A stretch of 64,000 nucleotides of DNA from an uncultured Methanosarcinales archaeon (GCA_964504135.1 CAZDCW010000003.1:427-64426); one strand, 5' to 3'. Shown: positions 9,665 through 19,912, counted from the first letter of the stretch. Translations and numbers: made by a program. Notes: generated from the letters alone by a model not told the origin.

Positions 9665-10348
9665 TTATCGGCTCATGTACTTTTTCTTTGAGGCCGGGTC
9701 AAGCCTTTCTATTGAGTACCTGAGCATTGTTCTTGGCATTTGCCGGCTGTGCTCGTCGAGGAATTCCCTCAGCGTTTTTTCGCTTCTTTTTCCCACTTCG
9801 CGGAGCATCCAGCCGCTTGCCTTGTGTATGAGGTCGTTTTTGTCATTCATCAGCCCGCAGCAGAGGTCGAGGGTGGGCTTGTAGTTGCCTTTTCTTACAA
9901 AGGCCAGTGTTGAGACTATCGCGATTCTTCTTTCCCATATGCTGGAGGAGGAGGCCAGCCTTTTCAGCAGGCTTTTCTCTTTTTCCGCCAGGTAATCCCC
10001 GATGATGGCCGGAGCTGTCAGGTCAACAAGGTCCCAGTTGTTGACGCACTTCAGGTTTGAGCAGTAGAATTTTTTCACAGATTCCCTGTTCTTCGGGTAT
10101 TTGATGGTTAGAATCAGAAGCGCGGTCAGCCTGTGCTCGTGGACTTTGCTGTGGAGGAGTTTGCTTAGTTCTGGGAGGGGGATTTTCTGGTGTTTTTTGG
10201 CGAGCTGCCTCTGCGCTGGCACCGTAATCCCGAGGAAAACGTCGCCTTCCCCGTACTGGCCTTTCCCGCATCGGAAGAAGCGTGACAGCACTGCTGCCTT
10301 GGCAGGGTTCCTTTGGCGTTCCATCTCAGCCATCAGCTCCTTAATCAT
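9665..10348 (-). CDS. DNA alkylation repair protein (AlkD/AlkC-like HEAT-repeat glycosylase family)
   Basis: 227 aa and alpha-helical, with AlkD-family residue patterns (FFRCGKGQYGEGDVFLGITVP, WDLVD, GWMLREVG). Confidence 0.5.
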   Translation of the reverse strand: MIKELMAEMERQRNPAKAAVLSRFFRCGKGQYGEGDVFLGITVPAQRQLAKKHQKIPLPELSKLLHSKVHEHRLTALLILTIKYPKNRESVKKFYCSNLKCVNNWDLVDLTAPAIIGDYLAEKEKSLLKRLASSSSIWERRIAIVSTLAFVRKGNYKPTLDLCCGLMNDKNDLIHKASGWMLREVGKRSEKTLREFLDEHSRQMPRTMLRYSIERLDPASKKKYMSR

Positions 10349-10373
10349 GCGTGGATGCCGTGCCTCTCAGGTT

Positions 10374-10400
10374 ATAAAATTTTATATAAACGCATGTTTC
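10374..10400 (+). promoter_or_regulatory. putative TATA/BRE promoter for polB (leaderless-type spacing)
   Basis: AT-rich ttataaaattttatataaacg lies about 15-30 nt upstream of the polB ATG at 10408. Confidence 0.35.
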
Positions 10401-10407
10401 CTGTCAG

Positions 10408-12813
10408 TTGATGCTAATCAAGTTTTTCCCCATTGATGTAACATATAAGGTTGTGCGCGGCATGCCAGTCATTCACCTGTATGGCCGGACTTCTGATGGG
10501 AGGCGGGTGTGCGTGGCGGACAGCAGCTTCGAGCCTTATTTCTGGGTGGTGAACGGCCAGAGGGATGATGTTGAGCGGATTTCAGTCCAGCAGCCAGGCG
10601 GCGAGGTAAGGGTTAAGAGGGTTGAGCAGCATCAAAAAAAATACCTGGGCAGCAGCGTGAATGCGCTTAAGGTTTTCGCCGGCCTTCCTTCTGACGTGCC
10701 TTTGCTTCGGAGGGCTGCTTCAATGTATGGCGCTGCGCTTGAGGCAGACATCCCCTTTGCGAGGCGTTATCTTATTGATAAGGGCATTGTTCCCATGATG
10801 GCCTGTGAGGTGGAGGGCGAATTCGAGCATAACCCTTCCTATAGGGTTCCTGTTTTCAGGGCGGCTTCAGTATCTGAGTCTTCGGAGGAGGTTGCAGAGG
10901 CTCTTAGGATTGTGTCTTTTGACATTGAAACCCACAGCCCTCTGGGCAAGGAGATAAGTCCTGCGGAGCAGCCGGTTATAATGCTCGGCGTGGCGTCTGA
11001 CGGGTTTCGGAGGGTAATAACATGGAAGCGGTTTGATACGCGGCTTGATTATGTTGAGTTTGTTGATGATGAGCGGCAGCTGCTTGAAAGGTTCGTGCAG
11101 CTTGTTGAGGAATTGCAGCCTGATGTTCTGGCTGGCTATTATTCTGACGGGTTTGACTTCCCGTTTATGCTTGCCCGCGCGGCCAGGAATAATGTTCAGT
11201 TGCCCATTGGCCTGGATTTCTCCCAGCCAAGGGCTGCAAAGTCGCAGGTTGACGTTGCAGGGGTTGTTCACCTTGACGTTCTTAAGTTCATAAGGAAGAT
11301 TTTCGGCAGGTATATGGAAACTCCGGTGTTCGACCTCAATTCAGTGGCTGTGGAGATTCTTGGAGAGGGCAAGCATGGCATAGGTCTTGACGGCCTGTGG
11401 AATGCCTGGGAGAATAACGTCGGGCTTGAGGATTATTGCAGGTACAATGTCCAGGATGCTGTGCTTACTGGAAAGCTTGCCCAAAGGCTTTTTCCTAATA
11501 TGGTGGAGCTGGTCAGGGTGGTGGGCATGCCTTTGGCGGATGTTAGCAGGATGAGCTTTTCGCAGCTGGTTGAGTGGTATCTTCTTGGCCAGGCAAAGTC
11601 TTTCGGCGAGCTTGCCCCTAACAGGCCGGAGTATGTTGAGACAAGGCAGAGGCTGGAGCGCACTTTTGAGGGCGCTTATGTGCATGAGCCCACTCCCGGC
11701 CTTTACAGCGATGTGGCTGTTTTTGACTTCCGCAGCCTTTATCCCACTATAATTTCAGCGCACAACATCAGTCCTGATATGCTGAATTGCGGCTGCTGCG
11801 ACCAGGCTTTTGCGCCCGGGCTGAAATTTTGGTTCTGCTCCAAGAGGCGCGGCCTCATTTCCTCTGTTATTGAGGGTCTGATAACGAGGAGGATGCGCAT
11901 CAAGGAGCTTCTGAAAAGCGCTGAGGACAGGAAGCTTCTGAAGGCCAGGGAGGAGGCCCTTAAGACCATAGCCAACTCCATCTATGGGTATTTCGGCTTC
12001 TTTGGGGCAAGGTGGTACAGTATGGAATGCGCTCAGAGCATAACTGCCTTTGGGAGGGATTATATTATGGGCGTTATAGCCCGTGCCAGGGAGAGGTTTG
12101 GCGTGCTTTATTCTGATACTGATTCAATTTTTCTCACCTTGGAGGGGAAGGATAGGCGTGATGCCGAGAGGTTCGTGGCAGAAATCAACCGGGAGCTTCC
12201 TGGCCTTATGGAGCTGGAATTCCAGGGATTCTACCCTGCGGGCCTGTTTGTAGGGACCAGGGAGGGCGGCATTGGCGCCAAGAAGAAGTATGCGCTGATA
12301 ACAGAGGAGGGCAACATAAGGATTAAGGGTTTTGAGGCCGTCAGAAGAAACCTCTCTCCAATAGCCAAGGAAACCCAGGAGAGGGTGCTGGAGATAGTTT
12401 TGAAGGAACGTGCGCCTCAGAAAGCCCTTGAATACATTTCAGCAATAGTGTCAGCTGCCAGGAACAGGGAAATACCCGCTCAAAAGATGATTATAACCAC
12501 CCAGCTTCAGAAGGATTTGGCAAGCTATGATTCCATTGCTCCGCATGTTGCAGTGGCTCAGAGGATGAGGCAGCAGGGCAGGCAGGTTTTAGTGGGTTCA
12601 ATGATCAGGTACATAGTGACAGCCGGAAAGGACAGGATTAGGGACAGGGCTAAGTTGCCTGGGGAAGTGAAGGGCAACGACTACGATTTTGAGTACTACA
12701 TCAACAACCAGATTCTTCCTTCAGTGGAGAGGATAATGGCGGTGTTCGGCATAGATATAATCCGGGAAGTGGAGCCCTTGCATCAGAAAAGGCTGGACGC
12801 GTTCTTCGGCTGA
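10408..12813 (+). CDS. polB: family B DNA polymerase (archaeal PolB)
   Basis: Exo I FDIETHS, Exo II YYSDGFDFPFM, Pol A DFRSLYPTII, Pol C YSDTDSIF, and the KKKYA motif. 801 aa. Confidence 0.9.
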   Translation: MMLIKFFPIDVTYKVVRGMPVIHLYGRTSDGRRVCVADSSFEPYFWVVNGQRDDVERISVQQPGGEVRVKRVEQHQKKYLGSSVNALKVFAGLPSDVPLLRRAASMYGAALEADIPFARRYLIDKGIVPMMACEVEGEFEHNPSYRVPVFRAASVSESSEEVAEALRIVSFDIETHSPLGKEISPAEQPVIMLGVASDGFRRVITWKRFDTRLDYVEFVDDERQLLERFVQLVEELQPDVLAGYYSDGFDFPFMLARAARNNVQLPIGLDFSQPRAAKSQVDVAGVVHLDVLKFIRKIFGRYMETPVFDLNSVAVEILGEGKHGIGLDGLWNAWENNVGLEDYCRYNVQDAVLTGKLAQRLFPNMVELVRVVGMPLADVSRMSFSQLVEWYLLGQAKSFGELAPNRPEYVETRQRLERTFEGAYVHEPTPGLYSDVAVFDFRSLYPTIISAHNISPDMLNCGCCDQAFAPGLKFWFCSKRRGLISSVIEGLITRRMRIKELLKSAEDRKLLKAREEALKTIANSIYGYFGFFGARWYSMECAQSITAFGRDYIMGVIARARERFGVLYSDTDSIFLTLEGKDRRDAERFVAEINRELPGLMELEFQGFYPAGLFVGTREGGIGAKKKYALITEEGNIRIKGFEAVRRNLSPIAKETQERVLEIVLKERAPQKALEYISAIVSAARNREIPAQKMIITTQLQKDLASYDSIAPHVAVAQRMRQQGRQVLVGSMIRYIVTAGKDRIRDRAKLPGEVKGNDYDFEYYINNQILPSVERIMAVFGIDIIREVEPLHQKRLDAFFG

Positions 12814-12846
12814 AAAACATTATATAATCGCCTTTGGACTTCCAGA

Positions 12847-14109
12847 ATGATGAACCTCTACGCAGACCTTCACATCCACAGCCATTACGCCAGGGCCACG
12901 TCTAAGGATTTGAGCCTGGAAAACCTTGAGAAATATGCGAGGGTTAAGGGCCTCGGCCTGCTTGGAACCGGCGATTTTCAGCATCCTAAGTGGCAGCAGG
13001 AAGTGAAGGAAAAGCTTGTTGAGGACAGTAATGGCATTCTCTGGAGCAAATCCGGCTTTCCGTTCATCTGGCAGACTGAGATTGCAGTTGTTTACACCCA
13101 GGGCGGCAGGGGCCGGAGGATTCATCATATTATTTTGGCTCCGAATGCTGATGTCGTAACCCAGGTTACTGACTTCCTGAAAAGGAAGGGCAGGGTGGAT
13201 TATGATGGCAGGCCGATTTTCGGGTTCAGCAGCATTGAGCTGGTTGACAGCATGATGTCTGTCAGCGAGGATATTGAAATAATACCTGCGCATGCGTGGA
13301 CGCCGTGGTTCGGCGTTTTTGGAGGCATGTCAGGCTTTGACTCGCTGAAGGAATGTTTTGGCGACAGGGCTGATAAGATTCATGCAATTGAGACAGGACT
13401 CAGCTCTGACCCTCCGATGAACTGGAGGATTAGGGAGCTGGACAGGATAACGCTGGTTTCAAATTCCGATTGCCACAGCTTTTGGCCGTGGAGGATAGGC
13501 CGCGAGGCAAATATCTTTGAGCTGCCTGAGCTGGGCTATAAGGGGATTATCCGGGCAATAAGGAGCAGGAGCGTAAAGGGCACGATTGAGGTTGACCCTG
13601 CGTATGGCAAATATCACTTTGACGGCCATCGTGCATGTGGAGTCTGCCTGTCGCCTGCAGAGTCCTTGAAAAACAGGGATATCTGCCCGAAGTGCAGGCG
13701 TAAGCTTACCATTGGCGTGCTTCACAGGGTGGAGCAGCTTGCTGACAGGCCCGCAGGGGAAAAGCCTGATGGCGCTGCTGGCTTTTTCTCAGTGATTCCG
13801 CTGTCAGAAATCATAGGCATGGTTCAGCGCTGCCCAGTGGCTTCGGTGAAGACCTGGAAGGTCTACAATCAGCTTATAGAAGCCTTTGGGAACGAGTATG
13901 CGGTCCTGCTGGAAGTGCCTCAGGAAGAGTTGGCAAAATCATGCGGCAGCAAGCTTGCTGATGCAATAATGATGAACCGGGATGGCAGGCTCAAAGTTGA
14001 GCCAGGGTATGATGGGGAGTATGGCCAGCCAGTCTTGGGTGGCGGCAGAAGTCATGAGGCTGTGGCACAGAAGATGCCTAGGCAGACAGGTCTGGGCGCA
14101 TTTTTCTAG
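12847..14109 (+). CDS. PHP-domain endonuclease, EndoQ-like (deaminated-base-specific endonuclease)
   Basis: The protein opens with the PHP motif DLHIHSHYARATS. Downstream are His/Asp metal ligands, then a CxxC...CxxC zinc finger (CGVCLS ... CPKCRRK). The 420-aa size matches EndoQ. Confidence 0.55.
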   Translation: MMNLYADLHIHSHYARATSKDLSLENLEKYARVKGLGLLGTGDFQHPKWQQEVKEKLVEDSNGILWSKSGFPFIWQTEIAVVYTQGGRGRRIHHIILAPNADVVTQVTDFLKRKGRVDYDGRPIFGFSSIELVDSMMSVSEDIEIIPAHAWTPWFGVFGGMSGFDSLKECFGDRADKIHAIETGLSSDPPMNWRIRELDRITLVSNSDCHSFWPWRIGREANIFELPELGYKGIIRAIRSRSVKGTIEVDPAYGKYHFDGHRACGVCLSPAESLKNRDICPKCRRKLTIGVLHRVEQLADRPAGEKPDGAAGFFSVIPLSEIIGMVQRCPVASVKTWKVYNQLIEAFGNEYAVLLEVPQEELAKSCGSKLADAIMMNRDGRLKVEPGYDGEYGQPVLGGGRSHEAVAQKMPRQTGLGAFF

Positions 14110-14549
14110 TCAGACCAAGCGACGATTCCAATCATCACGAGATTTACAAGGGGTATTAGTCCGATAATAATTCCCCACCATGCTGGCTTGTTTCTTGCCT
14201 CGCAGATTTTCCACCATAGCCAGCATGGCCATGCCAGCAATGCCACCAGGCCGAGCAGGCCTAGAAGCGGCAGGAACTGGAGAACAATAGAGGCAAGTGG
14301 CACAAACAGCCAGGCCCAGTGCACTTTGGCTATCTGGGTCATGAGGTAGATATTGCCAATAGGAACCCACGCCAGCCAGGCATTGGCTGTGTTGGTCTTC
14401 CTTGCAATCGTCATCAGTACCAGCGCAATATAGATGTAAAATACAATAAATACAGCCAGAATGAGAAGAAGGAATGCTGCAAACAAGGCCAGCATCCCGC
14501 CTAAGGCTTCAGAACTCCCGGCAAGGTCAGCAGGCAAATGCGAGGGCAT
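14106..14549 (-). CDS. small integral membrane protein, unknown function
   Basis: 147 aa with 4 predicted TM helices and Trp-rich loops. Confidence 0.4.
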   Translation of the reverse strand: MPSHLPADLAGSSEALGGMLALFAAFLLLILAVFIVFYIYIALVLMTIARKTNTANAWLAWVPIGNIYLMTQIAKVHWAWLFVPLASIVLQFLPLLGLLGLVALLAWPCWLWWKICEARNKPAWWGIIIGLIPLVNLVMIGIVAWSD

Positions 14550-14625
14550 TTTTACTTTTCTCTATTGCCGCGTATATAAATCTTTGCAGGAATATTTATA
14601 AACATATATCCCGAAGGATAGTCCA

Positions 14626-15645
14626 GTGGTCAAGTACATGGAGGCTGTCAGGAGGGTTTTCTCTAACCCTAACGCGCTGCTGGTAGGCGTTCTTCTCACA
14701 TTTATTCCTTACTTGGTTTACTTCCTGCTCATTGTTACACTGGCCCCTGAGGCTGTTGCAAGGGTGTTGGTTGATGAGGATACATCGCGTGTTGGGCTTA
14801 AGGTTGCCCTTATCATGATTGCCTATGGGCTGCTCCAGGTAATTGCAGGCCTGGCAATTATTGGCTATCTGCTGAGGTGCGCAAGGACAGAAGGCAGGGC
14901 TCCTGATTGGCGTGGCGTGGGCAAGCTCCTTTGGGATGGCTTCAGGGCAGGGGTCATCTCATTGATTTACTATCTGCCGCTGATAATAATGTTTTTCGCA
15001 TTTCTGGCCATGCTTGGCCTATTAGTCTTGAGTTCCCTGGGAGCAGAGGACTGGGCCAGCATGATAGGTTCTGGCACGCCGATTACTGGAACGTCGATTG
15101 TAGCAGAAAGTGCAGGCGGCTGGCTTGGCTTTGTGCTGGGGCTTGGCCTGCTGCTGCTTCTTATGCTTCCCCTTGCCTTGTTCATTATTGTATGGGTTCC
15201 GATGGCTGTTGTCCATTTTGGATTTATGGATAGGTTCGCCGCAGGCTTTGATTTCAGGGAAATCAGGAGAAAGGTGTTTACAGGCAACTATGTTATGTCG
15301 CTTCTGGCCATACTTGCGATAGGAATAGTTGCCGTCCTTGTTGTGCTGCTGCCTCTTATCCTGCTGGAGCTTCTTGCGTTGATTCCGGTCATTGGCCCGG
15401 TCTTTAAGCTGGTCGGCGAGTTTATAGCAGCTATAGTGTCAGTTGCAATGGGCATTGTAGCCTACACTATAATCGGTGAAGTTTACAGGGAGCTTTCAGG
15501 GAAGCCGTCTCATGCCGAGGCAGAGCCAGAATCAGCACAGCCTCCAGAGACATCTGCAGGGGTTAAGGCGTCACTGAAAAAAAGGTCTGTTAGAAAAAAG
15601 GGAAAAAGCCCTAGCAGCAGCCGCAGCCGGACTTTTCGCTCTTAG
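14626..15645 (+). CDS. polytopic membrane protein (DUF4013-like) with Lys/Ser-rich C-terminal tail
   Basis: 339 aa with 6 or more TM helices. The C-terminal tail is KKRSVRKKGKSPSSSRSR. Confidence 0.4.
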   Translation: MVKYMEAVRRVFSNPNALLVGVLLTFIPYLVYFLLIVTLAPEAVARVLVDEDTSRVGLKVALIMIAYGLLQVIAGLAIIGYLLRCARTEGRAPDWRGVGKLLWDGFRAGVISLIYYLPLIIMFFAFLAMLGLLVLSSLGAEDWASMIGSGTPITGTSIVAESAGGWLGFVLGLGLLLLLMLPLALFIIVWVPMAVVHFGFMDRFAAGFDFREIRRKVFTGNYVMSLLAILAIGIVAVLVVLLPLILLELLALIPVIGPVFKLVGEFIAAIVSVAMGIVAYTIIGEVYRELSGKPSHAEAEPESAQPPETSAGVKASLKKRSVRKKGKSPSSSRSRTFRS

Positions 15646-15695
15646 TTTCTTGTTTCGCCTTCTTTACCTTTTGTTTTGCAGCCATGGTAACCACC

Positions 15696-16328
15696 TCAGC
15701 GAAATGCAGGTCGCATCTTCTTTAAATAAGTTTTCCTGAGCAGGACAGCCACGGCCAGGATAACCCCTGAAAGCACAGCAGTCCTGAGGGCTATAATCAT
15801 CGCAAGGTCCTGGAAGAATTGGGCTGGGTAAAGCTTTATCAGCAGGTCAGATTCCTCAAAGAGGTAAGTGCCTGGCCGGAATAGTGAGAGGTGGAAATTG
15901 TCAAAAACCCATCCGAATGGCAGTATCCATAGCAGTCCAATGGCCAGCAGGATGAAAAGCGAGCCGAGGATGGCTGCCGCTGTGAGGCCCGCCAGCAGCC
16001 GCCTCAGCAGGGCTAGGGTTACCGAGGCCGCAATCGCCACCGCTGCTGCCCCCAGCGCCAAAACGAAAAAGGCTCTTATAATCTGCTTCACATCTGCGAG
16101 GTGGCTTTTCTCCCTCTCTGAGAAGTCCATTGGAATATTTCCATTTCCTTTCAGGTAGTCAAGCACTCCTGAATTCAGCGAGTCCGCGTCAGGAGCCCTT
16201 TCATAGGCTCCTGTTTTTGCAAACTCGGCCCTGTAAATCCCCTGGTCAAGAAACACCGAGGAGAAGCTGGCCGCAACTATCAGGAAGGCCAGGCTCACAG
16301 CCAGGACGGTTACAGGCGCATTATTCAT
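15696..16328 (-). CDS. integral membrane protein, DUF1461/TIGR01906-like
   Basis: 210 aa with an N-terminal TM helix, an extracytoplasmic segment, and then 3 more TM helices. Confidence 0.35.
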   Translation of the reverse strand: MNNAPVTVLAVSLAFLIVAASFSSVFLDQGIYRAEFAKTGAYERAPDADSLNSGVLDYLKGNGNIPMDFSEREKSHLADVKQIIRAFFVLALGAAAVAIAASVTLALLRRLLAGLTAAAILGSLFILLAIGLLWILPFGWVFDNFHLSLFRPGTYLFEESDLLIKLYPAQFFQDLAMIIALRTAVLSGVILAVAVLLRKTYLKKMRPAFR

Positions 16329-16408
16329 TTTGGAATAAATCCCTCAGTAAACCTTTAATATGCCTCACAAGCCGCTGTCTGCCTATAAATCTTTTGAGAG
16401 GTGCAATC

Positions 16409-17593
16409 ATGGCTAAAATAAACTACATTACTTCTGAATCAGTTACTGAAGGGCACCCCGACAAAATCTGCGACCAGATTAGCGATGCAATCCTCGACGA
16501 CCTTTACGCCCAGGACCCCATGTCAAGGGTCGCTGTGGAATGCCTCACGACCACAGGCCTTGTTGTTGTCGCAGGCGAAGTCACCACAAAGGGATTCGCC
16601 GACGTGCAGGCGATTGTGAGGCGTACGCTTAAGGAGATTGGCTATACAAACCCTGCTTTTGGGATAGACCATGAGGATGCTGGCGTTCTGGTGTCAATTC
16701 ATGGCCAGAGCCCTGATATTGCCCAGGGCGTTGATGATAGGCAGGGAAAGGAGCAGGGCGCAGGCGACCAGGGCATGATGTACGGCTATGCTTGCACAGA
16801 GACAAAGGAGTTTATGCCTCTTCCTATCATGCTTGCCCACGGCCTTGCCAGGAGGCTCGCCGAGGTTAGGAAGGAGGGGGTAATAAGGCACATCGGGCCT
16901 GATGGCAAGTCGCAGGTAAGTGTTGAGTATCATGACGGAATTCCAAAAAGGGTTTCTGCAGTGGTGATAGCCAGTCAGCACACTGAGGAGCACACTACGG
17001 CTGATGGCCAGACTTCAGGCAGTTTCAAGCAGGAGATTCTGGAAAAGGTGATTAAGCCGGTGCTCGGGAAATATTTTGACACCAATACAAAGGTGCACAT
17101 TAACGCCACCGGGAAGTTCGTCATAGGCGGCCCTGAGGGCGACACAGGGGTTACAGGAAGGAAAATTATCGTTGACACTTATGGAGGCGTTGGAAGGCAT
17201 GGCGGAGGCTGCTTCAGCGGCAAGGACCCCACCAAGGTTGACCGCTCAGGCGCGTACGCTGCGCGCTATGTCGCAAAGAATATTGTCGCTGCTGGGCTGG
17301 CTGGGAAGTGCGAGGTTTCGCTGTCGTACGCTATTGGTGTTGCCGAGCCGACCTCTATTAACATTGAGACCTTCGGCACTGCTAAAATCCCTGAGGAGAA
17401 AATTTCTGAGCTGGTCAGGAAGCATTTCAGGCTCACGCCGCGGGGCATTATTGAGAGCCTTCAGCTGAGGCGGCCTATTTTCAGGAAGACTGCTGCGTAC
17501 GGCCACTTCGGGAGGAATGAGCCTGAGTTTGCGTGGGAGCTGACTGACAGGGCAGATGCCCTGAGGAAAGATGCCGGAATAGTCAATTCCTGA
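16409..17593 (+). CDS. metK: S-adenosylmethionine synthetase, bacterial/eukaryotic MetK type
   Basis: [30 protein letters not shown] plus [23 protein letters not shown]-type motifs. The track ORF starts at 16130, but the upstream extension is non-homologous. TATA-like cctataaatc lies about 20 nt upstream of this ATG. By my own base count the ATG sits at 16408; 16409 is the frame-consistent value from the track. Confidence 0.9.
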   Translation: MAKINYITSESVTEGHPDKICDQISDAILDDLYAQDPMSRVAVECLTTTGLVVVAGEVTTKGFADVQAIVRRTLKEIGYTNPAFGIDHEDAGVLVSIHGQSPDIAQGVDDRQGKEQGAGDQGMMYGYACTETKEFMPLPIMLAHGLARRLAEVRKEGVIRHIGPDGKSQVSVEYHDGIPKRVSAVVIASQHTEEHTTADGQTSGSFKQEILEKVIKPVLGKYFDTNTKVHINATGKFVIGGPEGDTGVTGRKIIVDTYGGVGRHGGGCFSGKDPTKVDRSGAYAARYVAKNIVAAGLAGKCEVSLSYAIGVAEPTSINIETFGTAKIPEEKISELVRKHFRLTPRGIIESLQLRRPIFRKTAAYGHFGRNEPEFAWELTDRADALRKDAGIVNS

Positions 17594-18494
17594 ACTCCTG
17601 AAGCGTATCCAGCCGCATTGTGACATAATGGTAAATCAGCCGCAGCAGGTAGTCGAGTGCTGCTATCAGCCTTCCCTCGTTTGCGCTGGGGCTTCTTGAT
17701 ATTGATATCAGGAACTGCTTTGTCTCCTCAAACCTTGCATAGGTGTCCACCGCTTTCTTCTTGTCAGGCTTGTAGAAGAATTCATAGCTGAGCTTGAAAA
17801 TCTGGTTTATCTTTTGAAGCCCGCGCAGGACCTTTTCGCTGGGAGTTACCTTCAGGCAGGCGTCTGCAATCTCCTTGTAGGTGTCGCCGACATCCTCAAG
17901 GGTCTCTACCAGGTAATACAGTATCCTGTTGTCCATTTCCCTGTATTGGCCCTTGTTTATGGCCCTGAGGCAGAAATAGCAGAACTTGTTCAGGTCAACA
18001 TCCCTGTATTTTACGTGGGAGAGGCCCTTTTTGTCTCCCTTGGCAAGGGCTTCAGCTACGGTGTCGGCCATTGAGATGGCGATGAGGAATGCCTTCCTGA
18101 GCGCGGAGTCAAAGTCTATTTCGAGCTTTTGGGAAAGGCTCTTTATCACGAGCTGGTTCCTTGACTGGTCAAAGATCTCAAATCCAAGAAGCTCAGGGAC
18201 CTTCTCCTGCAGGGCGCGTCCAATCTCAAGCTCGTCGAACGAGATTACGAGCTCGTCATAGCCTGCCTGGTATGCCCTTCCGACAAACCTGTCTGCGAGC
18301 CTGGGAGTTAGGCCGGACAGGTCGATTTCTATTGTGTTCAGCCTTGGCGCGGTGTTCGCGTATATTACAACTTTATTGCCGTCCTCGACAACATCAAGCT
18401 CCTGGCCCTTCAGGATGTTGTTTTTCTTCGCCCATGCCCTCGGCAGGGAAACCAGCTGCGTTGAATCTGCTATCTGTATTACCTTTCTTTTCAA
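17583..18494 (-). CDS. PhoU-like regulator with N-terminal AbrB/SpoVT-type swapped-hairpin domain
   Basis: The N-terminus [30 protein letters not shown] is an AbrB/MazE-type fold. The remaining roughly 230 aa are helical, as in archaeal phosphate-uptake-regulator PhoU homologs. Confidence 0.55.
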   Translation of the reverse strand: MKRKVIQIADSTQLVSLPRAWAKKNNILKGQELDVVEDGNKVVIYANTAPRLNTIEIDLSGLTPRLADRFVGRAYQAGYDELVISFDELEIGRALQEKVPELLGFEIFDQSRNQLVIKSLSQKLEIDFDSALRKAFLIAISMADTVAEALAKGDKKGLSHVKYRDVDLNKFCYFCLRAINKGQYREMDNRILYYLVETLEDVGDTYKEIADACLKVTPSEKVLRGLQKINQIFKLSYEFFYKPDKKKAVDTYARFEETKQFLISISRSPSANEGRLIAALDYLLRLIYHYVTMRLDTLQEFRN

Positions 18495-18568
18495 AGTTAT
18501 CAGCCCCCTTCTTCTTAAAAGTTATGGTAAACTGCGTGGCTTATGTCACGCTTTGACCCGCAGTTTAC

Positions 18569-18619
18569 CAGATTAGAACTGCGCACATAAGTTACATATC
18601 CTGCGCAGTTCTCTATATT
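18569..18619. repeat. family-1 element, copy 2 (diverged; hairpin arms agaaCtgcgc / gcgcaGttct)
   Basis: The same hairpin as copy 1, with a compensatory T-to-C / A-to-G change in the two arms. Confidence 0.7.
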
Positions 18620-18812
18620 AAGTTTATGGCCGTGTTATTTAGTTTATTTAAACATTTCTGTTTTATTAAATGAATAAGGCCGCATTATAAATTATAAGCC
18701 ATAGCTTTATAACACTCCATGCTATGCCCATCTTTAATCTTCAAGCCATACCCAAAAAGGGGGTGCAGCTCTGAGTAAAGAGCCTAAAAAGGCATTTTGG
18801 GGGTGATAAAAG

Positions 18813-18974
18813 ATGTGGCAGGAAGACATTGAGGAAGATGACTTGGGGCTGCTTTCGGGTGAGTTGGAAGACTTGGAAGATGACGAGGTTTCTCTCAGGG
18901 AAGCGGCGTTCATAGAGGGCTATGCGGCTGCGCTGAAGGAGGAGGTATACGAGCCGGATTTGGAAGAGCTTTAG
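18813..18974 (+). CDS. small highly acidic protein (53 aa), hypothetical
   Basis: Unlisted ORF MWQEDIEEDDLGLLSGELEDLEDDEVSLREAAFIEGYAAALKEEVYEPDLEEL. A GGTGA SD-like motif lies 6 nt upstream. The ORF is below the 60-aa track cutoff. Confidence 0.25.
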   Translation: MWQEDIEEDDLGLLSGELEDLEDDEVSLREAAFIEGYAAALKEEVYEPDLEEL

Positions 18975-19825
18975 GGAAGAAGGCAGGCTCCGGATTCGCC
19001 CGGGTAATCCAGCTTTCTTTTTTTAATTCTTATTCTTGTCCCGTGCTTTTCTGCTTCCTTCTTCAGCTGTGCATATATGTGCAGGTTTGATAGGCCGCCG
19101 CCAAGGACTATCAGCCCAGGGTCATAGGCCCTTTGCACGTTAGCCAGGCCAATCCCAAACTTTTCGATGGTTTCCCTGGAAATTTCCCTGGCAATTTTCT
19201 CGGCCGAGCTGAAGATTTTCTTTGGGTCAGGCTCTGGAATCTTTCCTCCGGCTTCAATGTACCTTCGGGTTATATTCCTGCCTGAGCACCAGCTTTCAAA
19301 ATCTCCCTTGTTGCCGCATGCGCATCGTGGGCCTGATGGGTCTATTATCATGTGCCCTATTTCCCCTGCAGCTCCCATGCCCTTGTAGGGCCTGCCTGAG
19401 ATAATCAGCCCTCCCCCTATTCCGGTTCCCACCACTATCCCAACCATGTCTTCGCAGCCCCTGCCAGCTCCCAGCCTGTATTCGCCGTATGCAAAGCAAA
19501 GCCCGTCGTTTTCTATTTTGACAGGAAGCTTCAGGAGCTTGCTGAGGGTTTGCTTTAGGTTTAGCCCTTCAAGGCTTTTTATGTTGGGGTTGAAGGTCAC
19601 CCTGCCATTCCTGTCCACCCTGCCTGCAATGCTTATGCCAACCCCGGAAACTCGCCTTCCTTTTGAAAGCTTTTCAACTGCGGCCTTTACATTTGTCAGC
19701 GTGCTTGCAGCATTGCTGCTGGCCATGGTCGGCAGGATTAAAGCATCCAGAGGCTCCATTGAGCTGCTGAACAGCGCTCCGCTGATTTTTGTGCCGCCAA
19801 TGTCAAGGCCTATCCGGTAGGGCAT
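18971..19825 (-). CDS. ROK-family sugar kinase (glucokinase-like)
   Basis: MPYRIGLDIGGTKI is the N-terminal ATPase motif. The zinc motif is CACGNKGDFESWCSG. The track start at 19873 adds 16 non-conserved residues. Confidence 0.75.
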   Translation of the reverse strand: MPYRIGLDIGGTKISGALFSSSMEPLDALILPTMASSNAASTLTNVKAAVEKLSKGRRVSGVGISIAGRVDRNGRVTFNPNIKSLEGLNLKQTLSKLLKLPVKIENDGLCFAYGEYRLGAGRGCEDMVGIVVGTGIGGGLIISGRPYKGMGAAGEIGHMIIDPSGPRCACGNKGDFESWCSGRNITRRYIEAGGKIPEPDPKKIFSSAEKIAREISRETIEKFGIGLANVQRAYDPGLIVLGGGLSNLHIYAQLKKEAEKHGTRIRIKKRKLDYPGESGACLLP

Positions 19826-19912
19826 CAGGGAATTCTTACCCTGGAACATATATAAAACTAGCGGCAGATGCAAAAGACAGAAATGGAAGTAAAATTGGGG
19901 ATAAGCTTTTTA

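Noticed and set aside
10867-11271. 134-aa antisense ORF within polB, and similar ones (11341..11685, 12820..13293)
   Set aside because: They are antisense to polB and the EndoQ-like gene, which have clear motifs. They have no features of their own.
16130-16408. 93-codon N-terminal extension of the metK ORF
   Set aside because: It has no similarity to MetK and a low-complexity composition. MetK homology begins exactly at MAKINY, with a TATA-like box 20 nt upstream. The extension also runs into the divergent upstream gene's promoter.
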